From NCBI GenBank assembly GCA_964427245.1, contig CAYRSX010000005.1, forward strand, positions 3,354-67,353: a stretch of DNA of 64,000 nucleotides, written 5' to 3'. A model generated the notes under the pieces. It saw only the letters and a program-made list of their open reading frames with translations. It did no database searches and was not told the origin of the DNA. Positions within the stretch are counted from its first letter, which is position 1; each line of letters opens with the position of its first letter. Source of the DNA: an uncultured Desulfobulbaceae bacterium (GTDB lineage Bacteria; Desulfobacterota; Dissulfuribacteria; Dissulfuribacterales; DYLC01). Both the position numbers and the translations under genes were made by a program. Shown here in pieces: positions 56,109 to 64,000 of the stretch.

Positions 56109-56606
56109 ATGCAGCATCAAAAAATCGTAGAGCTCGACCTGCCATGCGGCGTCTTTTACAATCTCAAATATCTGGTGCTCGATCTGGACGGCACACTCAC
56201 CACAGACGGCAGATGGATCGATGGGGTGTTGGAACGGCTCAAAGCGGTTTCCCAATTATTGACAGTATATATCCTCACTTCCGATACCAACCAAACCGTT
56301 CACGAACTCACAAAATCCCTCACACAAAACCACGACATTCACATCATCACTCTTGCTACAGGACGCGGGGATGTGCAAAAATTGGAATTCATAGCCAATA
56401 TCGGCTGTGAATACACAGCTGCCATAGGAAACGGCTGTAACGATGCCATCATGCTCAAAAACGCCTCCCTCGGCATCTGCATCATAGGGAAAGAAGGCGC
56501 CTCAAAAGAGGCTATATTTTCAAGCAAGGTGGTATTTACAAATATATGTGACGCCCTGGACATCTTTTTGCGAAAAAACAGAATGATCGCAACACTTAGA
56601 AAATAA
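56109..56606 (+). CDS. HAD-superfamily hydrolase of the 'soluble P-type ATPase' type (COG4087-like)
   Basis: 165 aa counted from the ATG at 56109 (SD AGGAGG). 'LVLDLDGTLTTDG', 'ILTSDT', 'AIGNGCNDAIMLKNASLGICIIGKEG' and the C-terminal '...RMIATLRK' are present. Confidence 0.7.
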   Translation: MQHQKIVELDLPCGVFYNLKYLVLDLDGTLTTDGRWIDGVLERLKAVSQLLTVYILTSDTNQTVHELTKSLTQNHDIHIITLATGRGDVQKLEFIANIGCEYTAAIGNGCNDAIMLKNASLGICIIGKEGASKEAIFSSKVVFTNICDALDIFLRKNRMIATLRK

Positions 56607-56620
56607 CATACAAATAAGCA

Positions 56621-57028
56621 TCACCGGGCCAATATCTCGCTGGCCAGACTGATGCTCTTTCTGCCGTAAGTAACTACCTCCTCGGCTACTTCTTTCAAAG
56701 TCCTCCTCCCGCTTCTGCACTGACACAGACGTATAAGCATGGGCAGATTGACACCAGTAACCACCTCTACCTTATTGTCCTCTAGAAACGCCAGAGAGAT
56801 ATTGGAAGGCGTGCCACCAAACATGTCTGTCAGGATAAGGACGCCGTCACCTGTATCCACTTCTTTTATGGCCTTTTGAATGTTCTTTTGAATGACTTGG
56901 ACATCTACGGAAGGATCCACTGTCAAAGCCTTCATCTGTTCAGCCGAACCTATGATAAATATCATGGTCTGCAACAACTCCTGCCCAAGATTACCGTGGG
57001 CCGCGATCACCACACCGACCATATTCAC
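56621..57028 (-). CDS. PTS EIIA component, mannose/fructose class
   Basis: 135 aa with 'VGVVIAAHGNLGQELL' (active-site His), 'VLILTDMFGGTPSN' and 'VVTGVNLPML'. There is a 4-nt overlap with rapZ. Confidence 0.85.
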   Translation of the reverse strand: MNMVGVVIAAHGNLGQELLQTMIFIIGSAEQMKALTVDPSVDVQVIQKNIQKAIKEVDTGDGVLILTDMFGGTPSNISLAFLEDNKVEVVTGVNLPMLIRLCQCRSGRRTLKEVAEEVVTYGRKSISLASEILAR

Positions 57029-57918
57029 TCTCCTCTGCCTATATCCCTGTGAGATACTATGACTTCCTGTTCAGAACTGCGCAAAAAATTCCCGAGATAC
57101 TCCGCTATGGCCACGCTACGATGAAAACCGCCGGTACAGCCGAAGGCTATCACCAGATACGATTTACCTTCAGACCTGTACTGGGGCACCAGAAAACTCA
57201 ATAACTGTTCACAAGCACGCAAAAACTCCTCAGTCTCTGCATGAGCGGTCAAAAACTCCTGAATGGGCTCAGTTCTGCCATCCAATGGCTTTAATTTGGG
57301 TTCAAAATAGGGATTGGGCAGAAAACGGACATCAAAGACCAGATTGGCATCCGCCGGCACTCCGTATTTAAAACCGAATGACACAACCTGAATCACAAAC
57401 CTGTTCAGGTCATCTCTCTGAGAGTACAACTGAAAGATGGCCTGTCTGAGTTGATGAACGTTCAGTTCACTGGTATCCAGGACCCTGTCGGCACTTTCTC
57501 TCAATATGGCAAGCTGTTCGCGCTCCATGTGAATGGCAGACAGGATATCCCCACTCTGTTGCAGAGGATGATGCCGTCTGGTCTGGCTGTAACGTCTTAC
57601 CAGAATATCATCCTTTGCATTTAAAAAAAGCAGCTCCACATGAAAGCCGTCTGTCTGAATCTGCCGAAATATGGAACGATATTCCCTGACAAAGGCCTCT
57701 TCCCGCAAGTCCATGACCAGGGCGATCTTGACCGGCTCACGCGCCCCCTGTTCGAGCAATGCCAGAAACTGAGGCAAAAGAGCGATGGGCAGGTTATCCA
57801 CGCAGAAATAGCCCATGTCCTCAAAAGCCCTGAGTGCAGTACTCTTGCCTGAGCCGGATATACCGGTGATTACAACCCCCTGAGTCATTCGACTCCGGCT
57901 TCGCTCATTCATCTCCAT
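57025..57918 (-). CDS. rapZ: RNase adapter protein RapZ (YhbJ)
   Basis: 297 aa with Walker A 'GISGSGKSTA', 'FCVDNLP', 'FDVRFLPNPY' and 'CTGGFHRSVAIAE'. Confidence 0.92.
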   Translation of the reverse strand: MEMNERSRSRMTQGVVITGISGSGKSTALRAFEDMGYFCVDNLPIALLPQFLALLEQGAREPVKIALVMDLREEAFVREYRSIFRQIQTDGFHVELLFLNAKDDILVRRYSQTRRHHPLQQSGDILSAIHMEREQLAILRESADRVLDTSELNVHQLRQAIFQLYSQRDDLNRFVIQVVSFGFKYGVPADANLVFDVRFLPNPYFEPKLKPLDGRTEPIQEFLTAHAETEEFLRACEQLLSFLVPQYRSEGKSYLVIAFGCTGGFHRSVAIAEYLGNFLRSSEQEVIVSHRDIGRGE

Positions 57919-57963
57919 ATCACCTGACGATGGCTCGAAAACGTCCTGGCAGAAATGAGCAGA

Positions 57964-58500
57964 TCAGGGCTGCAGCAAACCCAGACCGCCGTCCTTGCGC
58001 CAATACAACACATTGATGTTACCGGTTGCAGCATTATGAAAGGCCATAAAATCTCCACCAAGTATCTGGAACTGATCTACAGCCTCTTCAACCGACATGG
58101 GTTTGGTCGTAAGCTTTTCAGGGGTTACAAATGTAATCTCATCGGCTCCGGCTACGCCCTTGTACTGATCGGCGACAGACACCCCAGAAGAAACACTCCC
58201 CTTTCTCTCCTGCAATCTCTCTTTAAAACGCTTAAGCTGTTTCTCGATCTTGTCAGACAGAAGATCAATGGCTGTGTACATGTCAGTTGACTCTTCCTTG
58301 GCGGCAGCCTTTACACCATCTCCAACCACTAAGATTTCAGCAGTATTTCTGAATTTTTCAGTGGAAAGCACTACCATAACATCCATTATCCCATTGGCAT
58401 ACTTGCTTAACTTCTGCATTCTTTTTTCTACGTAATCTATAAGTTTTGTTGCTTCTTCATCTATCTGCTGTACGTGTCTGAACTTGACTGTAATTTTCAT
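57964..58500 (-). CDS. hpf: Ribosome hibernation-promoting factor, long form
   Basis: 178 aa. The N-terminal sigma54-modulation/YfiA fold reads 'MKITVKFRHV...'. The C-terminal dimerisation domain reads 'KPMSVEEAVDQFQILGGDFMAFHNAATGNINVLYWRKDG'. Confidence 0.92.
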   Translation of the reverse strand: MKITVKFRHVQQIDEEATKLIDYVEKRMQKLSKYANGIMDVMVVLSTEKFRNTAEILVVGDGVKAAAKEESTDMYTAIDLLSDKIEKQLKRFKERLQERKGSVSSGVSVADQYKGVAGADEITFVTPEKLTTKPMSVEEAVDQFQILGGDFMAFHNAATGNINVLYWRKDGGLGLLQP

Positions 58501-58555
58501 AAGATTCCTCCATAATGTTTTTTTGAGACTGAATGATTGATTAAAAATAGATTAA

Positions 58556-59992
58556 TTAATTTCTTTTTCTCATACTTGATGGCAGAATACCAAGCATTTC
58601 CCTATATTTTGCAACCGTTCTTCTTGCAATTTTAATATTATTTTTTTCAAGCAGTTCGACAAGTTTCTGATCGCTATATGGCTTACGTGGATCTTCAGCC
58701 GCTATCAACTGCCTTAATTTTTCCTTTACACTCTGCGCTGCAATATCATCCTCGTCATCAGATCTCTTCAGACCTGCACTGAAAAAATACTTCAATTCAA
58801 ACAAGCCATGAGGTGTCTGAATATACTTATTGGCAGTCACTCTGCTGATAGTTGATTCATGCATTTCTATATCATCTGCAACATCTCTCAAGACCATCGG
58901 CTTAAGATATTCAATCCCATTGTCAAAAAAATCCTTTTGAAACTTTACAATGCTTTCCGCAACTTTATAGATAGTTCTTTTCCGTTGATCAAGACTTTTC
59001 ATCAACCACAACGCTGATTTCATTTTATCCTGAATAAATTCTTTTGCCTGTTTATCACTCACTGTTTTCATTAAATCATCTTGGTAAAAAGAATTTATTC
59101 TTAAATTAGGCATACCATCGTCATTCAATGTTATTACATACTCATCACCTATTTTATATACATATATATCAGGCACAATATAATTGACTCCACTTGCGAC
59201 ATATTGTCTTCCAGGTCTTGGCTCGAAATGCGTAATGATATCCACAGCGTGTTTGACATCATCCACAAAGCGACCAGTAGCCTTTGCGATCAATTGATAA
59301 TTATGTCTTTCAAGTAAAGATATATGGTCTGTTATAATCTCTTTAACCAGCGGATCCTCTATGCCATAGTGATTAGCCTGCAACAGCAGGGCCTCCTTCA
59401 AATCCCTGGCAGCCACTCCCACAGGATCGAAACCCTGCACCAATTCCAGAGTGGATTGCACATCCTTTACATCGCAATGGAGTTCAGCCGCTATATCCTC
59501 CAGAGATAAGGCCAGATAACCGTCATCCGTCAGGTTGCCTATTATAAACCCTCCAATTCTGCGCTGCTGTTCCGTGGCATCGGAGAGTTGTAGCTGCCAC
59601 ATGAGGTGTTCAGTGAGATCAGTGGTCTTTATCAAAAGATTTTCATAATCAAGGGCATCCTTACTCTCAAAAGAAAAGGATTGAATGGCGTTCTTTCTGT
59701 CCTCGTCCCAATAGTCCTTCCACTCAATCTCCTCCAGCGCCTTCTTTTCCCATGCAGTCTTTTCCAGATCCGTGGCGGAAAGGGCTGGTACAACCTCGGC
59801 AGACGGATCCATTGCAGATGCCCCATCCATCTGTATCGCCTCATCCAGAACAGGATTGTTCTCCAATTCCTGATGAATCATTTCGATGAGTTCGATTCTG
59901 GAAAGCTGAAGCATCTTGATGGCCTGCTGAAGCTGCGGAGTCATCACGAGTTGCTGCGTAAGTTTCAGGTTCTGTTTGAGTTCCAATGCCAT
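58556..59992 (-). CDS. rpoN: RNA polymerase sigma-54 factor
   Basis: 478 aa. N-terminal 'LKQNLKLTQQLVMTPQLQQAIKMLQLS', a core-binding region, an HTH, and the RpoN box 'ARRTVAKYRE' are present. Confidence 0.97.
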   Translation of the reverse strand: MALELKQNLKLTQQLVMTPQLQQAIKMLQLSRIELIEMIHQELENNPVLDEAIQMDGASAMDPSAEVVPALSATDLEKTAWEKKALEEIEWKDYWDEDRKNAIQSFSFESKDALDYENLLIKTTDLTEHLMWQLQLSDATEQQRRIGGFIIGNLTDDGYLALSLEDIAAELHCDVKDVQSTLELVQGFDPVGVAARDLKEALLLQANHYGIEDPLVKEIITDHISLLERHNYQLIAKATGRFVDDVKHAVDIITHFEPRPGRQYVASGVNYIVPDIYVYKIGDEYVITLNDDGMPNLRINSFYQDDLMKTVSDKQAKEFIQDKMKSALWLMKSLDQRKRTIYKVAESIVKFQKDFFDNGIEYLKPMVLRDVADDIEMHESTISRVTANKYIQTPHGLFELKYFFSAGLKRSDDEDDIAAQSVKEKLRQLIAAEDPRKPYSDQKLVELLEKNNIKIARRTVAKYREMLGILPSSMRKRN

Positions 59993-59994
59993 AA

Positions 59995-60720
59995 TTAAAG
60001 CCTGAAATCCTCTCCAAGATATGCCTGTTGAACCACCGGGCTCGAAACGATCTGTTCCGGTCTTCCCTGCTCTATGATACTGCCCTGATGCACGATATAA
60101 GCATAGTCACAGATGCTCAACGTATCCCTGACATTGTGGTCAGAGATCACGATGCCTATACCCTTTGCCTTGAGCCGTTGAACGATTCCCTTCAGATCAG
60201 CTACCGCCAAGGGATCCACACCTGCAAAGGGCTCATCCAGCAATATAAATTTAGGTTCCGTAGCCAGGGCGCGCAACACCTCCAGCCTGCGTCTCTCCCC
60301 ACCCGACAGAGAATGGGCCTGATGATCAGCCAAACCCTCTATGCCAAGCTCCTCAAGCAGTTCTCGAACGCGAGCGTCAATGACATTGGACTTCCAGCCT
60401 CTGATTTCAAGCACAAGACGTATGTTATCGGCCACAGAAAGCTTGCGGAATACAGAGGGTTCCTGAGGCAAATAGGTGATTCCGTACAACGCCCTTTCAT
60501 GTATAGGCATTTCCGTGATATCTTTGTCATTTAGAAAGACCCTGCCTTCATCCGCTCGAATCAGACCTGCAATCATATAGAAAGTCGTGGTTTTACCCGC
60601 GCCGTTGGGCCCGAGAATACCGATTATCATGCCACTTTGCAGTTCTAATTCCACGCCGTTTACCACTCTGCGACCGGCATAGGTCTTGACTAATTTAGAG
60701 GCCCTCAATGCATCAGACAT
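59995..60720 (-). CDS. lptB: LPS export ABC transporter ATP-binding protein
   Basis: 241 aa with 'GPNGAGKTTTF', 'YLPQEPSVFRKLSV', 'LSGGERRRLEV' and 'ILLDEPFAGVDP'. Confidence 0.93.
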   Translation of the reverse strand: MSDALRASKLVKTYAGRRVVNGVELELQSGMIIGILGPNGAGKTTTFYMIAGLIRADEGRVFLNDKDITEMPIHERALYGITYLPQEPSVFRKLSVADNIRLVLEIRGWKSNVIDARVRELLEELGIEGLADHQAHSLSGGERRRLEVLRALATEPKFILLDEPFAGVDPLAVADLKGIVQRLKAKGIGIVISDHNVRDTLSICDYAYIVHQGSIIEQGRPEQIVSSPVVQQAYLGEDFRL

Positions 60721-60721
60721 A

Positions 60722-61255
60722 TCATTTGTTTTCGGACGGAAAGACCACCGCCTCTACGCGATCCTTGCCGGTCCCTTGCACAATACTCCTGCTTTCATTT
60801 ACAAACATGGTGATCACATCACCTTTTACACGATTCTGTCCTTCCATAACCTGCGCCGAGCCGGTCAAAATGATTTTCTCTGTAGGTTTTTCATAGACGG
60901 CCTTTTCAGCTGTAGCTATACGCGTCCCCTTTGTAATGTGCACATGCCCTATGGCAATGATGCGGTCTATGGAGCGTCTGGATGCATCGTCTGCAGCAGT
61001 CTTATTCCCCTGTTTGGAATAGACTACCTCCATTCTGTCTGAATTTATGGTCAGATCATCCTGCGTCGCCACAACAGAACCGGTGAAGACCACCACCCCG
61101 GCCTGATCATTGGCCTCCATGAGATCGCTTTTGATATGTATCGGCCCTGCTGACCTGGCCGCTCCCTTTGACGTCTCAGCCTGTACGGAATTCAAGTCCA
61201 AACAAAAGCTAAAAACACAAAACAGCAATATCAACAAAATGTTAAAATGTTTCAT
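60722..61255 (-). CDS. lptA: LPS transport periplasmic protein LptA (OstA-like)
   Basis: 177 aa with a signal peptide and OstA_N beta-jellyroll repeats ('PIHIKSDLMEANDQAGVVVFTGSV...'). It lies between lptC and lptB. Confidence 0.8.
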   Translation of the reverse strand: MKHFNILLILLFCVFSFCLDLNSVQAETSKGAARSAGPIHIKSDLMEANDQAGVVVFTGSVVATQDDLTINSDRMEVVYSKQGNKTAADDASRRSIDRIIAIGHVHITKGTRIATAEKAVYEKPTEKIILTGSAQVMEGQNRVKGDVITMFVNESRSIVQGTGKDRVEAVVFPSENK

Positions 61256-61279
61256 GACATATCCTCTGGTAACATCTTC

Positions 61280-61870
61280 TCACCATCCAAGCAGTTTTCC
61301 TGCCATGGCAGAGATTTGCGCCTTGGGCTTGAACACCCGTATTCTCCCTGTGTCGAACCCGTATTCCAATCCCTCACCTGCTATAGAGATGGCTTCTCCT
61401 GAAAACAGCACGAGCGCCTTGGTCCACACTAATTTTTTTGCCTGATCATAAAAAAGCTCAGATGTGGTGAGGGTCCCATAAGATGGAAACTCCATTTGCA
61501 CATCGCCTTGTAATGTCAAACTGTCATTCATTTGATAAAAACCCTTTGCAGCTCGCACCAGAATCCACCGGCCGTCTGACGAAACAAAGGATATCACAGG
61601 CTCACTTACGTCCATTCTATCATTATCACAAAAAAACGCCTGGCCCGCATGCATCTTGATATTTAGTTTACCATCAGACAAACGATAATAATAGACGCCT
61701 TCCACCATAAAATCCGCAGTGATGTCCGAAAGCCGCTTCATCAGGTCCTTTCTGAGTTCCTGTTGTTCCATCCAGCTCTGCCAATAAAACCATGAAACAC
61801 TCAGGACAATGACTGCCAATAGAAGGATGTGATGTCTCTCAACATTGGCTGGCTTCCAATTCAATCCCAT
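61280..61870 (-). CDS. lptC: LPS export system protein LptC
   Basis: 196 aa with one N-terminal TM ('ILLLAVIVLSVSWFYW') and a periplasmic beta-jellyroll. It occupies the conserved kdsC-lptC-lptA position. Confidence 0.7.
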   Translation of the reverse strand: MGLNWKPANVERHHILLLAVIVLSVSWFYWQSWMEQQELRKDLMKRLSDITADFMVEGVYYYRLSDGKLNIKMHAGQAFFCDNDRMDVSEPVISFVSSDGRWILVRAAKGFYQMNDSLTLQGDVQMEFPSYGTLTTSELFYDQAKKLVWTKALVLFSGEAISIAGEGLEYGFDTGRIRVFKPKAQISAMAGKLLGW

Positions 61871-61885
61871 TTGATTCCTTTCACA

Positions 61886-62467
61886 TCAATCCGATGCAGT
61901 GCATGAACAGCCTTCCTCGATAAATTCATTTAAAAATATATGCCAGCAGTTCTTTGCCTTAAGTATCAGTTCACACACCTCCCTGACCGCCCCTTCTCCG
62001 CCAGCACTTAAAGTGACATGATGGCAGTAATCCTTGACCTGTGAGGCAGAGTTGGGCACTGTGACAGCTAAACCAACTCGCGACAATACTGGAATATCCA
62101 CCCAATCGTCACCCATATAGGCCACCTGGGCATCCATCAGCCCGAACACGCGCAAGAGCTCTTCGTAACCCTGTAGTTTTCGTGAATGTCCCTGCATCAC
62201 ATGTTTTATACCTAATTCATTACAGCGCACGGCAAGGGCATGAGAACAACGGGCACTCAAAACCGCAGTTTTGACACCGGCCTTGTGCAACAGCTTAATG
62301 CCGAAACCATCCCGAACATGAAAGGACTGTATCTGATCACCCCTTGCATCATAAACTATACGGCCATCCGTCAAAATACCATCCACATCCAGAATCAGCA
62401 GCTCGATACCTTCGGCCTTTCTGAAAAGCATATCCTGATCAAGTCTGGTCATATTCAACTCCGTCAA
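61886..62467 (-). CDS. kdsC: 3-deoxy-D-manno-octulosonate 8-phosphate phosphatase
   Basis: 193 aa with 'LILDVDGILTDGRI', 'FHVRDGFGIKLL' and 'AYMGDDWVDIPVL'. Confidence 0.88.
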   Translation of the reverse strand: MTELNMTRLDQDMLFRKAEGIELLILDVDGILTDGRIVYDARGDQIQSFHVRDGFGIKLLHKAGVKTAVLSARCSHALAVRCNELGIKHVMQGHSRKLQGYEELLRVFGLMDAQVAYMGDDWVDIPVLSRVGLAVTVPNSASQVKDYCHHVTLSAGGEGAVREVCELILKAKNCWHIFLNEFIEEGCSCTASD

Positions 62468-62469
62468 TC

Positions 62470-63315
62470 TCAGGCCGATACTTGAGAAACAGCATTCATC
62501 ACAACCTTCAATGTCCTCAAAAGCTCAGACAACTGCTCTACATAAAGGGAATTGGGGCCGTCACAAAGGGCCTTGTTCGGGTCTATATGCACCTCCAGAA
62601 AAAGCCCGTTGACTCCAACGGCACAGGCCGCCCTGGCCAAAACAGACACAAATTCCCTCTGTCCAGAGGAGCATCCATTCCCGGCGCCCGGCAGTTGCAC
62701 ACTGTGAGTGGCATCGAATATCACAGGAGCGCCAAGAGAACGCATTATAGCCAGCGAACGCATATCCACCACCAGATTGTTATAGCCGAAGGAGGTCCCC
62801 CGCTCCGTAAGCAGAATCCTGAATGCCCCGCATTCTCGGAGCTTTGCAACCACATGCTTCATGTCCCATGGCGCCATGAACTGCCCCTTCTTAACATTGA
62901 CTGGAAGACCGGTATGAGCTGCTGCGCAGAGCAGATCGGTCTGCCTGCACAAAAACGCCGGTATCTGAATACAGTCCAGCACATCCTTGACCGCCTCGGC
63001 CTGTTCTGGCAGATGTATGTCGGATATGACCGGAGCGTCAAGAAGGGTTTTGATCTCTCTCAACATCTCTATGCCTTTTTTAAGACCTGGCCCTCTGTAA
63101 GAGGTTATGGATGTACGGTTGGCCTTGTCGAAGGAGGCCTTGAACATATAAGAAAAACCATTTTCCCGTGCCGCAGACATGACCATTCGTCCTATTTGAA
63201 CGGCTATGTCCATGTCCTCCAACACACAAGGCCCTGCAATCAACAGAGGTGGACAATGTTCGCCGACTTCTAATGAGCCTATACGGAATTTTTGAGATAT
63301 GTCAGGCAGGTTCAT
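62470..63315 (-). CDS. kdsA: 2-dehydro-3-deoxyphosphooctonate aldolase (KDO8P synthase)
   Basis: 281 aa with 'LLIAGPCVLE', 'FKASFDKANRTS', 'IQIPAFLCRQTDLL', 'VNVKKGQFMAPWDM' and 'FDATHSVQLPG'. Confidence 0.95.
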   Translation of the reverse strand: MNLPDISQKFRIGSLEVGEHCPPLLIAGPCVLEDMDIAVQIGRMVMSAARENGFSYMFKASFDKANRTSITSYRGPGLKKGIEMLREIKTLLDAPVISDIHLPEQAEAVKDVLDCIQIPAFLCRQTDLLCAAAHTGLPVNVKKGQFMAPWDMKHVVAKLRECGAFRILLTERGTSFGYNNLVVDMRSLAIMRSLGAPVIFDATHSVQLPGAGNGCSSGQREFVSVLARAACAVGVNGLFLEVHIDPNKALCDGPNSLYVEQLSELLRTLKVVMNAVSQVSA

Positions 63316-63332
63316 GTTTTCTCGTTTGCCTT

Positions 63333-64000
63333 TTATATATCCTTTGGCAACCTGGCATGTCTGTAAGCCAGTGCGGCATGAATAAAGGCTGCAAAAAGGG
63401 GATGTGGAGACAATGGCCGCGACTTGAATTCAGGATGAAACTGGCAGCCCACAAACCAGGGGTGATTCGGCAGTTCAACGATCTCGACCAGGTCCCCATC
63501 GGGGCTGAGACCAGAAAACGCCATGCCATGGGCCTGCAATGCCTCTCTGTAGGCGTTGTTGAACTCATATCTGTGCCTATGACGCTCTGAAATCTCCTCA
63601 CAACCATAGGCGGAAGCGACCTTCGTACCAGGTATCAACACACACGGATATGCGCCAAGCCTCATGGTACCGCCCTTTTCGCTGCCATCATCCCGATAAC
63701 ACCTCTCGTCAGTGCGCGGATTATACCATTCTTTCATGAGATATATCACAGGATCGGGCGTGGCGGGCGCAAACTCACTACTGTCGGCAAGCTCAATGCC
63801 AGCCACATTACGGGCAAACTCTATCACAGCGAGCTGCATTCCAAGACATATGCCGAAAAATGGAATCTTCTGTTTTCTGGCGTATGATATGGCCTCCAGT
63901 TTGCCGGCTATACCCCTCACTCCAAAGCCGCCGGGCACCAAAACGCCGTGGGCCTTAAAAAGTCTTGAAGCCAATTCGTCACCTCGAATCTCCTCTGAAT
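63333..64000 (-). CDS. pyrG: CTP synthase, C-terminal glutamine amidotransferase domain. The 5' part lies beyond the window edge.
   Basis: '[12 protein letters not shown]', '[20 protein letters not shown]' and 'HRHRYEFNN...[13 protein letters not shown]'. The frame stays open to nt 64000. Confidence 0.93.
   Translation of the reverse strand, partial: SEEIRGDELASRLFKAHGVLVPGGFGVRGIAGKLEAISYARKQKIPFFGICLGMQLAVIEFARNVAGIELADSSEFAPATPDPVIYLMKEWYNPRTDERCYRDDGSEKGGTMRLGAYPCVLIPGTKVASAYGCEEISERHRHRYEFNNAYREALQAHGMAFSGLSPDGDLVEIVELPNHPWFVGCQFHPEFKSRPLSPHPLFAAFIHAALAYRHARLPKDI

Overview
This is a gene-dense, mostly housekeeping chromosomal window. The gene content looks like an anaerobic Desulfobacterota-type (deltaproteobacterial) genome; that taxon guess is inference only and low confidence. 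I can support about 60 CDS, one tRNA-Ala(CGC), a few promoter and terminator predictions, and a dispersed palindromic repeat family.

Conserved blocks:
- def-fmt-rsmB, with a chemoreceptor gene coupled upstream.
- lysS / lolC-E / DUF721.
- A futalosine-route menaquinone operon (mqnE-mqnC-amidohydrolase-mqnA-menG) followed by rnhA and aat.
- dnaG, tilS, coaX-rimO-rlmI-ettA, adk, and ilvD-hisB.
- The classic pyrG-kdsA-kdsC-lptC-lptA-lptB-rpoN-hpf-rapZ-EIIA module.

Accessory and unusual content:
1. A tightly coupled 8-gene MSHA-like type IV filament operon (21.4-30.3 kb). It encodes an ATPase, platform protein, ExeA/MshM ATPase, three poorly recognisable membrane proteins, a lipoprotein secretin and a TPR protein. 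A single convergent GspG-like pilin gene sits next to it, with its own sigma70-like promoter and a strong terminator.
2. An intergenic nested-palindrome repeat family at six or more loci. Two copies share a near-identical 84/85-nt core around a perfect 20-bp palindrome. One locus also carries a 33-bp tandem array.
3. A small coiled-coil/TM gene broken by a 1-nt frameshift in an A6 run, which also carries 21-bp heptad tandem repeats.
4. A low-GC Rpn/PD-(D/E)XK nuclease gene wedged inside the lysS-lolC operon.
5. A family-4 UDG homolog that keeps its four Cys but has lost the catalytic motifs.
6. An HD-GYP protein whose N-terminal two-thirds is extremely AT-rich.
7. A chemoreceptor with a periplasmic CxxCH haem-c motif.
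8. Three SlyD-like FKBP paralogs. One has a Cys-rich tail and one heads the mqn operon.

I saw no CRISPR array, rRNA, integrase, transposase or recognisable known defence system. The strongest candidate for a poorly described system is the MSHA-like filament locus. All functional calls come from reading motifs in the translations, not from database searches.
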